Assembly: GCA_964291415.2 (NCBI GenBank)
Contig: OZ219918.1
Span: 160,001 to 224,000 of the forward strand
Length of the DNA: 64,000 nucleotides
From: Alphaproteobacteria bacterium
GTDB lineage: Bacteria; Pseudomonadota; Alphaproteobacteria; SP197
Direction of reading: 5' to 3'
Made by a program: the position numbers and the translations under genes. The stretch's first letter is position 1. Every line of letters starts with the position of its first letter. The notes under the pieces are model-generated. The model saw nothing but the letters and a program-made list of their open reading frames with translations. It did no database searches and was not told the DNA's origin. This document shows, one piece after another, positions 46,389 to 55,838 of this stretch.

Positions 46389-47986
46389 TGGTCGGTTTGC
46401 GGCCCCTGCTATGGCCCGGAGTGCTGGCGCTCGTCGCCTCTCCGGGTCTGGCGGTGCTGGCACTCGTGGCGCTTCTCGAAGCGGCGCCTCTGGGAGAAAC
46501 GGGACGCCTGTTCGATCGCTATGCGCTTCACGTGCTCGCCTTCACGGTTCTCCAGGCGACACTCTCCACGGTGCTTTCCCTTGTGTTCGCCGTTCCTGTT
46601 GCCAGGGCCCTGGCGCGCCGTCCTTCCTTCCCGGGACGCGGCATCGTGATCCGCCTCTTCGGCATCCCGCTGGTCCTGCCTGCCATCGTTGCCGTGTTCG
46701 GGGTGGTGGCCGTGTGGGGACAGAACGGCGCCGTCAACACCGCGCTGGAAACGGCAGGATTGGAGCGGTTCGGACCGATCTACGGGCTCGAGGGCATTCT
46801 CATTGCCCACACCTTCTTCAACATACCTCTTGCCGTGCGCCTGCTGCTGCCGGTCTGGGAGTCCATTCCCGGGGAGACATGGCGGCTGGCAGCGCAGCTC
46901 GGCATGACCTCGTGGCCGATCTTCCGGTTGATCGAGTGGCCCCGCATTGCCGAAGTTCTGCCTGGTATCGCCATGCTCGCCTTTCTCCTCACATTCTCCA
47001 GCTTCACCGTCGTTCTCGCGCTTGGCGGCGGTCCGGGGGCCGCCACGCTCGAAGTGGCGATCTACCAGGCGCTGAGGCTGGACTTCGACATCGTCCGTGC
47101 CGTCTTCCTCGCCGTGCTCCAGGTCGTGATCTGCGGCACCATCGCCATCGTCCTCTTCCGTTTCGCCCGCTTTTCCCTGAGTGAGGCAGGGGCGGGCAGG
47201 GTCACGAGGCGCCCCGATTCCCATGACCGGCTGGGCCGCATCGGCGATGCCCTCCTGATCGCCGCCGGCATCTTCTGGGTTGGCGCGCCGCTGGCCGCGG
47301 TCGCGATTTCCGGCCTGGCCGGGCCACTGGCGGACGTTCTCGCCCGCCAGGATGTCTGGCTTGCGGCGTTGCGCAGTGTCGTGGTCGGACTTGGCGCCGG
47401 TGTCGTTGCCGTCACCGTCGGCCTCCTGCTTGGCGCCACCACCTGCGATCTGGCCATGCGCCGCCACCGCCGCCGTCTGGCCGATGTCCTCGAGATTGCC
47501 GGCAGCCAGACCCTGATCGTGTCACCGGTGGTGCTGGGTGCCGGCCTCTTCGTTCTCCTCCTCGGGCATGTCCGGGTGTTCGACTGGGCCCTGCCGCTTG
47601 CCGCCCTGATCAACGGACTGGTCTGCGTCCCCTACGTGCTGCGGCTCGTCTCTCCGGTCCTGCGCCGGACTGCGGCCCACCATGACCGGTTGTGCGCCAG
47701 CCTCGGTCTTGCAGGCATGCGCCGGATTGTCTGGCTCGAGGGTCCCCTGGCGCTGCGCCCGCTGGCGACGGCACTGGCCCTGGCGACGGCGCTGGCCGCA
47801 GGCGATCTCACCGCAATCGCGCTCTTTGGAACCGAGCGAGAGGCAACCCTTGCCCTGCTTCTCTACCGGGCACTGGGCAGCTACCGCATGGATGAGGCTG
47901 CCGTGATCGCGCTGTTTCTCGTGCTGGTGTGCCTTGCCATCTTCGTTGTCATCGAGGGCCTAGGCCGTGTCGCCGCCCGGACTTGA
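46388..47986 (+). CDS. thiP: Thiamine ABC transporter permease
   Basis: FT..QA.LS, ILIAH.FFN.P and TLEVAIYQA. Duplicated permease between thiB and thiQ. Confidence 0.92.
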   Translation: MVGLRPLLWPGVLALVASPGLAVLALVALLEAAPLGETGRLFDRYALHVLAFTVLQATLSTVLSLVFAVPVARALARRPSFPGRGIVIRLFGIPLVLPAIVAVFGVVAVWGQNGAVNTALETAGLERFGPIYGLEGILIAHTFFNIPLAVRLLLPVWESIPGETWRLAAQLGMTSWPIFRLIEWPRIAEVLPGIAMLAFLLTFSSFTVVLALGGGPGAATLEVAIYQALRLDFDIVRAVFLAVLQVVICGTIAIVLFRFARFSLSEAGAGRVTRRPDSHDRLGRIGDALLIAAGIFWVGAPLAAVAISGLAGPLADVLARQDVWLAALRSVVVGLGAGVVAVTVGLLLGATTCDLAMRRHRRRLADVLEIAGSQTLIVSPVVLGAGLFVLLLGHVRVFDWALPLAALINGLVCVPYVLRLVSPVLRRTAAHHDRLCASLGLAGMRRIVWLEGPLALRPLATALALATALAAGDLTAIALFGTEREATLALLLYRALGSYRMDEAAVIALFLVLVCLAIFVVIEGLGRVAART

Positions 47987-48698
47987 ACTCGACGGCATCA
48001 CGTTCGGCCAGGGCGGCTGGACTCTCGCCGCCGACCTTGCGGTGCGCCGCGGCGAGTTGCTGGCGCTCATCGGCGCCAGCGGCGCCGGCAAGAGCACGCT
48101 GCTGTCTCTGGCCGCCGGGTTCGAAAGGCCGCTCGAGGGGCGCGTTCTGGTCGATGGAACGGCGGTGACGGATCTTCCGCCCGCATCGAGACCGATCACC
48201 ACGCTCTTCCAGGAGCACAATCTCTTTGCCCACCTTTCGGCTCTCGACAACGTCGCCCTTGGCCTTCATCCCGGCCTGAGACTGACGGCAACGGACCGGC
48301 GAACGGCCCATGAGGCCCTCTCCCGCGTGGAGCTCGAGACCATGGCGCACCGGCGGCCCGGCGAACTCTCCGGTGGCGAGCGCCAGCGGGTCGCCCTTGC
48401 AAGGGCGCTGGTGATGAAACGCCCCGTGCTGCTCCTGGACGAGCCCTTCGCGGCTCTCGGACCGGCATTGCGGCGCGCCATGCTCGATCTCGTGTCAAGG
48501 CTGAGGAGGGAGTCCGGGCTGACCCTGGTGATGGTCACCCATGATCCCGCGGATGCCCGGCGAATTGCCGACTCGGTTGCCTTCATGGACGGCGGACGCA
48601 TTCTCCTCACCGGGCCCACGGACTCGGTTCTCGACACCCCGGAACTGCCGGAACTGGTGCGTTATCTCGACCCCGAGTCCGATCAGGATCCGTCGTAA
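47967..48698 (+). CDS. thiQ: Thiamine ABC transporter ATP-binding protein
   Basis: Motifs GASGAGKST, LFQEHNLFAHL, LSGGERQR and LLDEPFAALGP. Confidence 0.93.
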   Translation: MSPPGLELDGITFGQGGWTLAADLAVRRGELLALIGASGAGKSTLLSLAAGFERPLEGRVLVDGTAVTDLPPASRPITTLFQEHNLFAHLSALDNVALGLHPGLRLTATDRRTAHEALSRVELETMAHRRPGELSGGERQRVALARALVMKRPVLLLDEPFAALGPALRRAMLDLVSRLRRESGLTLVMVTHDPADARRIADSVAFMDGGRILLTGPTDSVLDTPELPELVRYLDPESDQDPS

Positions 48699-49096
48699 TC
48701 CTCCAGGGCGGCGGCAAGGGCCGCCCTCTCAGGCCCGGCGACGAGGGTGCTGGCGAACACCGCGTCCGGCTCCATGAACTGCATGTCGATCTCCTCGCCG
48801 GCGGGCACGCACGGAGAATCGTCCGACTCGACGAGGTAGTAGATGGGCGTGTAGGGCGCTCGTGTCCACGGGCTGATCAGGGTTCCCGGATCATGGAGTT
48901 CCCGCATGATCCGGATTTCCATGCCGGTCTCTTCCCGGAACTCCCTTCTGAGTGCCGCATGCGCGGTCTCGCCATGATCGACGCCACCGCCTGGATACTT
49001 CCACACGAAGAGCCCGCCGACGTATTCGGCGGCGACGAGGACCTGGCGGTTGCGCAGCAGGACGCCGTAGACGCGATAGTTCTGTGGATGGGTCAT
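48683..49096 (-). CDS. NUDIX hydrolase
   Basis: Nudix box PGGGVDHGETAHAALRREFREETG. Confidence 0.88.
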   Translation of the reverse strand: MTHPQNYRVYGVLLRNRQVLVAAEYVGGLFVWKYPGGGVDHGETAHAALRREFREETGMEIRIMRELHDPGTLISPWTRAPYTPIYYLVESDDSPCVPAGEEIDMQFMEPDAVFASTLVAGPERAALAAALEDYDGS

Positions 49097-49179
49097 GAGG
49101 CGGGCACCGACGGCTTTCGTGTCATGGAGGATCGCCTGTTGTACAAGCACTGATTGTCGGCTCTACCGGAAGATGCACC

Positions 49180-50550
49180 ATGGCAGCAAGCACGAACATT
49201 CTCGAGACCGTCGGCAACACGCCGATGGTCGAGGTGAGATCCTTCGACACCGGTCCCTGCCGTCTCTTCCTGAAGCTGGAAAACCAGAATCCGGGGGGAT
49301 CGATCAAGGATCGCCCGGCGCTGTCCATGGTGGAGGCCGCCGAACGATCCGGAGCCATCGGACCGGGCGGCACGCTGATCGAAGCGACGGCGGGGAACAC
49401 CGGCATCGGCCTTGCCCTCGTGGCGCGCCAGAAGGGCTATCGCCTGCTTCTCGTGATACCCGACAAGATGAGCCAGGAGAAGATCTTCAACCTGCAGGCC
49501 ATGGGAGCGGAAATCCGCCTGACGCGATCGGACGTCACGAGGGGGCACCCGGAGTACTACCAGGACCTCGCCAGCCGTCTGGCCGACGAGACCCCCAACA
49601 GCTTCTTCGTCAACCAGTTCGGCAATCCGGCGAATCCGCTGGCCCACGAAGAGGGAACGGGCCCGGAGATCTGGGAGCAGATGGACCACAAGGTGGATGC
49701 CGTTGTCTGTGGCGTGGGATCCGGCGGCACCATCACCGGGATCGGCCGCTTCTTCGCCCGGCGGGCGCCGCATGTCGAGATGATCCTCGCCGATCCCCTC
49801 GGATCGGTGCTGGCCGACAAGGTCAACACGGGCACGCCGGGACCGCTGGGATCCTGGCTTGTCGAGGGGATCGGCGAGGATTTCATTCCCGAGGTGAGCG
49901 ACCTTTCCCTTGTCTCGAAGGCCTACAAGGTGGCGGATGCCGAGGCCTTTGCCGCGGCGCGCAAGCTCCTCGTGGATGAAGGCATCCTGGCGGGCTCGTC
50001 GTCGGGCACCCTGCTGGCGGGCGCACTGGCCTACTGCCGTGAACAGGACGAGGAGAAGAACGTGGTGACACTGGTCTGCGACAGCGGCAACAAGTACCTC
50101 TCCAAGATGTACAACGACTACTGGATGCTTGATCAGGGATTTCTCGAGCGCGAGAGCTTCGGCGACCTGCGCGATCTCATCGCCCGCCCCCATGCCGACC
50201 GGGCCTCCGTCACGACGGCACCGGACGATACGCTCGCCGACGCGCTGTCACGCATGAAACTCTACGACATCAGCCAGTTGCCGGTCCTGGCGGACGACAA
50301 CGTGGTCGGCATCATCGATGAATCCGACATCCTGTGGGCCATTCACCGCCGTCATGGCGCCTTCACGGATCACGTGGCATCGGCGATGTCGGTGAGCCCG
50401 GAAACCGTCGAGGCGACCGCCGACATCGATACGCTGATGACCATCTTCCGCCGTGACCTGACGGCGATCGTCGTCGACAACGACGCCTTTCTCGGAGTGA
50501 TCACCCGCATCGACCTCCTCAACTGGCTGCGCCGGGAGCACCGCCTGTAA
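49180..50550 (+). CDS. Cystathionine beta-synthase (PLP enzyme with a C-terminal CBS pair)
   Basis: Motifs NPGGSIKDR, EATAGNTG, GVGSGGT, EGIG and KYLSK, then CBS domains (SQLPV, GVITRIDLL). Confidence 0.9.
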   Translation: MAASTNILETVGNTPMVEVRSFDTGPCRLFLKLENQNPGGSIKDRPALSMVEAAERSGAIGPGGTLIEATAGNTGIGLALVARQKGYRLLLVIPDKMSQEKIFNLQAMGAEIRLTRSDVTRGHPEYYQDLASRLADETPNSFFVNQFGNPANPLAHEEGTGPEIWEQMDHKVDAVVCGVGSGGTITGIGRFFARRAPHVEMILADPLGSVLADKVNTGTPGPLGSWLVEGIGEDFIPEVSDLSLVSKAYKVADAEAFAAARKLLVDEGILAGSSSGTLLAGALAYCREQDEEKNVVTLVCDSGNKYLSKMYNDYWMLDQGFLERESFGDLRDLIARPHADRASVTTAPDDTLADALSRMKLYDISQLPVLADDNVVGIIDESDILWAIHRRHGAFTDHVASAMSVSPETVEATADIDTLMTIFRRDLTAIVVDNDAFLGVITRIDLLNWLRREHRL

Positions 50551-50887
50551 GCATCGCGATGGTCACGTCCGGTACTGTGACCGCATAGCCTGGTGAACCT
50601 TGGCTTGAGCCCCGCATGCAGCAGATCAGTCCCGTTCGTTGTGTGGCGGTTGGCTGTGACCTGTTCCAGGATGGCCGTGAATGAGGTGTTCGGCGGTCCG
50701 TTCTCGACATCGAAGGCGACACGGGCGGTGACTTCCGGAATGGACACGCTGCAAGTCGACTGCGGCCTGTCGTGAAGTCAGGACGCCCGTCCGGTGTCAG
50801 TGGGGGTATTCACCGCCAGCACCTGGGGTACGTCGGTTCACAGTTGGAGTACTTCTCCAACCTCGTTGCGACGCGCCCCTTTTGATC

Positions 50888-50957
50888 GGATGGAATTGGA
50901 TGGACAATTGGATGTCGATGCGGCATTCTCGAATTGGATGGAATTGGATGGGACAAT
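50888..50957. repeat. Direct repeats upstream of fic (four AATTGGATG units within two ~21-bp repeats)
   Basis: GGATGGAATTGGATGGACAAT at 50888 and GGATGGAATTGGATGGGACAAT at 50936. AATTGGATG occurs at 50894, 50906, 50932 and 50942. Confidence 0.75.
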
Positions 50958-52014
50958 GGGCGCCGCCATCGACACCTCCACCTTGGAGGTCACCAACGAG
51001 ATCCTGTCGCTGATCTCTGAAATCGACGAGTTCAAGGGTGCTTGGCGGGCGCTCGGACGCATCGCGCCTGATCGGTTGACCAACCTCAAGCGTGTCGCCA
51101 CCATCGAGAGCATCGGATCCTCGACACGCATCGAAGGCGCGAAATTGACCGATCGCGAGGTCGAAAAGCTGTTTTCGAATATCGAGATCAAGTCCTTTGC
51201 GACCAGAGACGAGCAGGAAGTTGCCGGTTACGCCGACGCCATGGAAATGGTCTTCTCGAACTGGGAAGCGATCGATATCACCGAGAACCACATCAAACAG
51301 CTCCATCGTGATCTGCTGAAGCACTCCGTCAAGGACGAGCACCATCGCGGGGAGTACAAGACCCTCCCCAATCACCTCGAAGCCTTCGGCCCGGATGGAG
51401 AAAACCTGGGCGTGGTGTTTCGGACGGCTTCGCCGTTCGACACGCCTCGTCTGATGGCCGAACTGGTCGATTGGATCGGCCAGAACTCAAACGCTCGAGA
51501 GATCCACCCGCTCCTGGCGATTGCCGTGTTCGTGGTCGTGTTTCTGGAAGTCCACCCCTTCCAGGACGGCAACGGGCGCTTGTCGCGTATCGTGACGACG
51601 CTCCTGCTCTTGCGGGCGGGTTACGGCTATGTGCCCTACGGCTCCCTGGAAAGCGTCATCGAGCGAACCAGGGAATCCTATTATCTGGCCTTGCGCCGGA
51701 CCCAGGGAACCATCCGCACTGACCAACCTGACTGGCAACCATGGGTTCTCTACTTTCTGAAGTCGCTGAAACAACACAAGGATCGACTGGAGCGAAAGCT
51801 CGAGCGCGAGCGGCTCATTCTGGGGGATCTACCGGAACTGTCGGTGCAGATTCTGGAACTGGCCCGCGAACACGGCCGCACAACCGTTGCCGAAGCTGCC
51901 AGGGCGACCGGCTCAAGTCGCAATACCGTCAAAGGCCACTTTCGCACGCTGACCGAGGCCGGACACCTTGAACGTCATGGCGCCGGCCGCGGCACGTGGT
52001 ACTCCCTCGCATAG
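50956..52014 (+). CDS. Fic family protein with a C-terminal HTH
   Basis: Catalytic HPFQDGNGRLSR, inhibitory-type SSTRIEG, and a C-terminal winged HTH (SRNTVK...GAGRGTWY). Confidence 0.92.
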   Translation: MGAAIDTSTLEVTNEILSLISEIDEFKGAWRALGRIAPDRLTNLKRVATIESIGSSTRIEGAKLTDREVEKLFSNIEIKSFATRDEQEVAGYADAMEMVFSNWEAIDITENHIKQLHRDLLKHSVKDEHHRGEYKTLPNHLEAFGPDGENLGVVFRTASPFDTPRLMAELVDWIGQNSNAREIHPLLAIAVFVVVFLEVHPFQDGNGRLSRIVTTLLLLRAGYGYVPYGSLESVIERTRESYYLALRRTQGTIRTDQPDWQPWVLYFLKSLKQHKDRLERKLERERLILGDLPELSVQILELAREHGRTTVAEAARATGSSRNTVKGHFRTLTEAGHLERHGAGRGTWYSLA

Positions 52015-52036
52015 TCCCGGATCCCTCAAGTGGTGC

Positions 52037-52528
52037 TCAGGGTGTCGCCCGGTACATGTGGTAACGGCCCTGGGCGACGGCTGCGGGGAGATCGAGTGCG
52101 GTCCAGGCGGCGTTGGGGAGGGGTTGATCGCCAATGACGATGGCGCCGCCGGCGAGAAGGGGCGGCAAGGCTTCGGCGAGCCAGCTGGCGAGATCGAGGC
52201 TCGCCTGGCGATCGCCTGAGCCGATATCGGCATGGGCGAGGACGGCCGCCGGTCCGAGACGTTGCGCGGCAAGGGGAAGTGTCTCCGCAAGGTCGCCCAG
52301 AAACATGTGGCCGTCGTCGGGAACGCAGTCCGGATGGGCGGCGATCCGGCGGTCGAAACAGTAGATCTCCCGCTCCGGAAGGAGACAGCGCAGGTGGTCG
52401 TAGGTGCGGCCGTTGCCGAGCCCGATTTCAAGGATGTGACCGGGCCGTCCGGCGACGAGGCGGGCGGCCTCGTCGAGGCACAGACGCTGGGCCTGGAGGC
52501 GGCGGATGGCGCTGTCGAGCCGGCTCAC
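52037..52528 (-). CDS. Class I SAM-dependent methyltransferase-like protein (Methyltransf_17-type)
   Basis: Motifs MSRLDS.IRRL.AQR, ILEIGLGNGRTYDHLR and HADIGSG. Confidence 0.85.
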   Translation of the reverse strand: MSRLDSAIRRLQAQRLCLDEAARLVAGRPGHILEIGLGNGRTYDHLRCLLPEREIYCFDRRIAAHPDCVPDDGHMFLGDLAETLPLAAQRLGPAAVLAHADIGSGDRQASLDLASWLAEALPPLLAGGAIVIGDQPLPNAAWTALDLPAAVAQGRYHMYRATP

Positions 52529-52532
52529 CCTT

Positions 52533-52991
52533 CTAGGTGCCGGCCCGGGTGGCCATGGCGTCGCGCAGCATGGTCGTCGTCTTCTCCACCCGGCGGGCGA
52601 GTTCGCGCATGATCTCGATCGAGATCGACGGGAACTGGTTGATCAGCTGGAAGAAGAGCTCCTTGGAGATCATCAGCGTTTCCACCTTCGTCACGGCCTT
52701 CACCGTTGCCGTCCGCGGCACGTCGCACAGGATCGCGTTCTCGCCCAGGAGATCGTTGGGGCCCAGCGTCGCCACCTTCACGGGCCCGGACTCCGATTCG
52801 ACGAGGACATCGGCGTCGCCGGTGATGATGATGTAGGCGGCATCGCCCTCGTCACCCTGGCGGCACAGCAGATCCCCCGGGGCGAACGTCAGGCGCTGCG
52901 CCGTGAAGGCAAGGAGCTTGAGCCGACTCGGCTCGATCCTCGAGAAGAGCGGGATGGTGCGCAACAGGTCGACTTCCTCTTGCAGACTCAT
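52533..52991 (-). CDS. Stand-alone cyclic nucleotide-binding domain protein
   Basis: IPLF, QGDEGD..Y.I..G and the phosphate-binding cassette GE.AIL...PRTATV. No HTH. Confidence 0.9.
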   Translation of the reverse strand: MSLQEEVDLLRTIPLFSRIEPSRLKLLAFTAQRLTFAPGDLLCRQGDEGDAAYIIITGDADVLVESESGPVKVATLGPNDLLGENAILCDVPRTATVKAVTKVETLMISKELFFQLINQFPSISIEIMRELARRVEKTTTMLRDAMATRAGT

Positions 52992-53010
52992 CAGTCATGT
53001 CCTCCTCATG

Positions 53011-55689
53011 TCATTCATGTGCTACCAGACCGGCGAGAACCGAGTTGTCGCGTTCCATGAGCTCCCCGAAGGTACCCCTTTCGGCCAGCTTGCCGAACTT
53101 CATGACGAGAACCTGGTCGAACCGGGACGCATCGCTCGGCCTGTGGACCACCCAGATCAGGGTCCTGGCGCGAAACTCCTCGCGAAGATTGTTCATGACT
53201 GTGGCCTGGGAGGCTCCGTCGAGCACGGCTGTCGCTTCCGACAGGACCATGATGGCCGGGTGCTTGAGGACGGCCCGGGCGATGGCCGCTTTCTGCCGTT
53301 GTGCCGGCGTGAGCCGGGCGCCGCCGATACCGACCTCTGTCTCAAGACCGAGTTCGATCACCAGCGGGCGAAGTTCAAGGTCGCCGATGACGTCGGCCAT
53401 GAGGTTTCCCACCTTCGTCTGGGACCCGGCCACACCCCAGGCGACCTTGCCGAAGAGGATGTTGTCCTGGAGTGACAGCGCGGGATTGTACTCTGCCCGG
53501 TCGAAGAACGAGATGGCGCCCTTCAGGTCTTCGGGCAGGCCCCTGGCAAAGGCGTGACGAACCTCGAGAAGCCGCACCTGCATGGCGTCATCGATCAGTC
53601 CGAGACGATGGCGTGCGGGGGCGAGACGGAAAGGAAGCGAGAGGAACTGCAGGCGTTCCTCGTCATCGAGGCCCTGTTCCCCGCTGCGCTCCACCTTTGC
53701 GAGCAGTGCGCGGTATCCGGGAAGATCGTCCGGAGAAATGAAGGAGAACTGGGGGAAGAACTCGTGGTCCGCCGGCAGGTCGGCAAAGAGCTCGACCATG
53801 GTACGGGCCACCTCGCAGCCCATGGTCAGGAATTCATCCGTCAGCCCGGCATCGGCGAGGAGGGACATGACGTGTTCGTTTTCCGGCAGGCGATCAAGGT
53901 CGAAGGTGTCGCCGACGGGGGTGCCAAAGAGCAGGTTCTCGCCGACCGTCGCATTGGTGTTGTAGGTGTCACGATCGAAGGGCTCGACCAGTCCGGCAAG
54001 AGTGTCGGACGCGAAGCGCTCCTCGAGAATACGCCGTGCCTCGAGAAGCCTTTCCGCCTCCCGGGGGCTCGTTGCGGGATCAAGCTGGCGCCTCAATCCC
54101 ATGCGGTAGACGTCATCCTCGAAATCGGCGACCGCCAGGGCGTGACGCACCGCATCGCCCAGGCCGGACCTCGTGTCCACACCCGCCAGGCCAAGGTTGA
54201 CCCAGTCGTCCTCGACGTCATCAGGACTGTTGGCCGTCAACTGGCGCTCCCGCGCCTGACGGGCCACCACACCTTCCATCGCTTGCGGGACACTCCGGGG
54301 CGTTTGCGGGGTCTGGCGCAGCCCGTAGAGGAGATTGTCGAGGAGCGATGCGGAGAAGAGTGACGTCGCGGGTCCGACATAGCCGATCCGCCGTCCCAGA
54401 GTGATCTCCGGAAGATCACCGGCGTCTTCAGCGCCGTAGGCGAGACGGCCCTGGCTGGTGTCGATGAGGCGGGCCATCAGTGCCGCGATCCTGTCCCGTC
54501 CGCTCACCGCATCGCCGGTGATAGCGACGTGACTGCCGAGCGGAATGTCGAGATTGAGACCATCGATGAGGGTGTCATCGTCCTCGACGTACTTCACGTT
54601 GGTTGCCGCCAGACTCCCCGCAAACGGCGTGATCTCGCGGTCGTCGAAGACGACGGCGTCGCTTCTCATGCCGGCCGGCGCAAACTGGGTGACCACCTGG
54701 TCGTACTTGATCCTGGCGTCCTCGCGGATCTGGTAGTGATTGAGCAGTTCCTTCCAGGGAGGCGGCAGGTCCTTGTAGGCGGCCAGGACGGCAACCAGGC
54801 CACCAAGGGTGAGCGAGCCGTCGATCACGAACCAGCCGCCGATGGCGTAGAAGAAGAATGGCGTGATCTGCGCCAGGAAGTTGTTCAGGAACTTGATGAA
54901 GAACTTCTTGCGGTAGATCTGGTAGCGGATGTCGAAGATCCGTCCCATGCGCGCGGTAAACTCGGCCGCCTCCCAGCGCGCCATGCCGCTGGCGTGCAGC
55001 TCCTCGACTCCCTGAACGGTTTCCGAGATGCGCTCCGAGACCTTGCGCACTTCCTGGACGCGCTCCTTGGCAAGGAGATTCACCTGGCGCTGGAGTTTCG
55101 GAATGATCCAGCCCTGCATGGGGTAGAGCGCCACCGAGGCGAGGCCCATCAGGGGGTCCTGCATGAAGATGAAGAAGAGAGCGGTGACGAGGAGGCCACC
55201 CTGGTACATCGGCAGGGCAAGCGCATCGCCGATGAAGCCGCCGAGAGGCTCGACTTCCTGTGTCACCATGGGGATCAGTTCGCCGGAACTCACGCGGCGG
55301 AAGTGAGGAGAGGGAAAGCGCAGGATTCGGCTGTAGAGCTGGTAGCGCAGCCGCCGCAGCATGCGCTCCCCCAGAAGGCCCTTGTAGACATTGATGACGT
55401 ACTTGAAGCCGCCGTTGGCGAGCACAAGGGCCAGGAAGAGACCGCAGTAGAGGGCCAGCAGCGCCAGGCGTTCCATCTCGCCCAGGGGAATGCCGAGGAT
55501 GACGACAGGGCGAAGATCCGCCGAACCGGAAGAAAGGGAGTCCGGGTCCGCCAGCACGTGGTTGACGATGAGCTTGGGAATGTCGAGGGAGGCGTAATAG
55601 AACGGCAGGGAGAACAGCGTAAAGAGCAGGATGAATATCTGCTCCTTGCGCGAGTACCGGAAGATGAACTTGTAGACTGTGGATTCCAT
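53011..55689 (-). CDS. ABC exporter-type fused TMD and NBD with degenerate ATPase motifs
   Basis: N-terminal TM domain (GERMLRRLR, KFLNNF). The NBD has Walker A ITGDAVSGRD, signature LTPAQRQ, Walker B VLSEAT and a large insert. Confidence 0.85.
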   Translation of the reverse strand: MESTVYKFIFRYSRKEQIFILLFTLFSLPFYYASLDIPKLIVNHVLADPDSLSSGSADLRPVVILGIPLGEMERLALLALYCGLFLALVLANGGFKYVINVYKGLLGERMLRRLRYQLYSRILRFPSPHFRRVSSGELIPMVTQEVEPLGGFIGDALALPMYQGGLLVTALFFIFMQDPLMGLASVALYPMQGWIIPKLQRQVNLLAKERVQEVRKVSERISETVQGVEELHASGMARWEAAEFTARMGRIFDIRYQIYRKKFFIKFLNNFLAQITPFFFYAIGGWFVIDGSLTLGGLVAVLAAYKDLPPPWKELLNHYQIREDARIKYDQVVTQFAPAGMRSDAVVFDDREITPFAGSLAATNVKYVEDDDTLIDGLNLDIPLGSHVAITGDAVSGRDRIAALMARLIDTSQGRLAYGAEDAGDLPEITLGRRIGYVGPATSLFSASLLDNLLYGLRQTPQTPRSVPQAMEGVVARQARERQLTANSPDDVEDDWVNLGLAGVDTRSGLGDAVRHALAVADFEDDVYRMGLRRQLDPATSPREAERLLEARRILEERFASDTLAGLVEPFDRDTYNTNATVGENLLFGTPVGDTFDLDRLPENEHVMSLLADAGLTDEFLTMGCEVARTMVELFADLPADHEFFPQFSFISPDDLPGYRALLAKVERSGEQGLDDEERLQFLSLPFRLAPARHRLGLIDDAMQVRLLEVRHAFARGLPEDLKGAISFFDRAEYNPALSLQDNILFGKVAWGVAGSQTKVGNLMADVIGDLELRPLVIELGLETEVGIGGARLTPAQRQKAAIARAVLKHPAIMVLSEATAVLDGASQATVMNNLREEFRARTLIWVVHRPSDASRFDQVLVMKFGKLAERGTFGELMERDNSVLAGLVAHE

Positions 55690-55838
55690 GGTCCCGGCCG
55701 GCGATCCGTACCCGGGGATTCTAGGTTCGCATGGCGTCGGATCAAGGCTCTGCGAGTGTGCAGGCATTCAGCCGGTGACGACAGGACGGCGAGTGTGGCA
55801 GGATGCGCGCCGTTTTTTGGCAACACTTGGGTTGTCTC

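Noticed and set aside
50888-50957. Repeats as a mini-CRISPR array
   Set aside because: The units are too short and too few, there are no unique spacers of regular length, and no cas genes are present.
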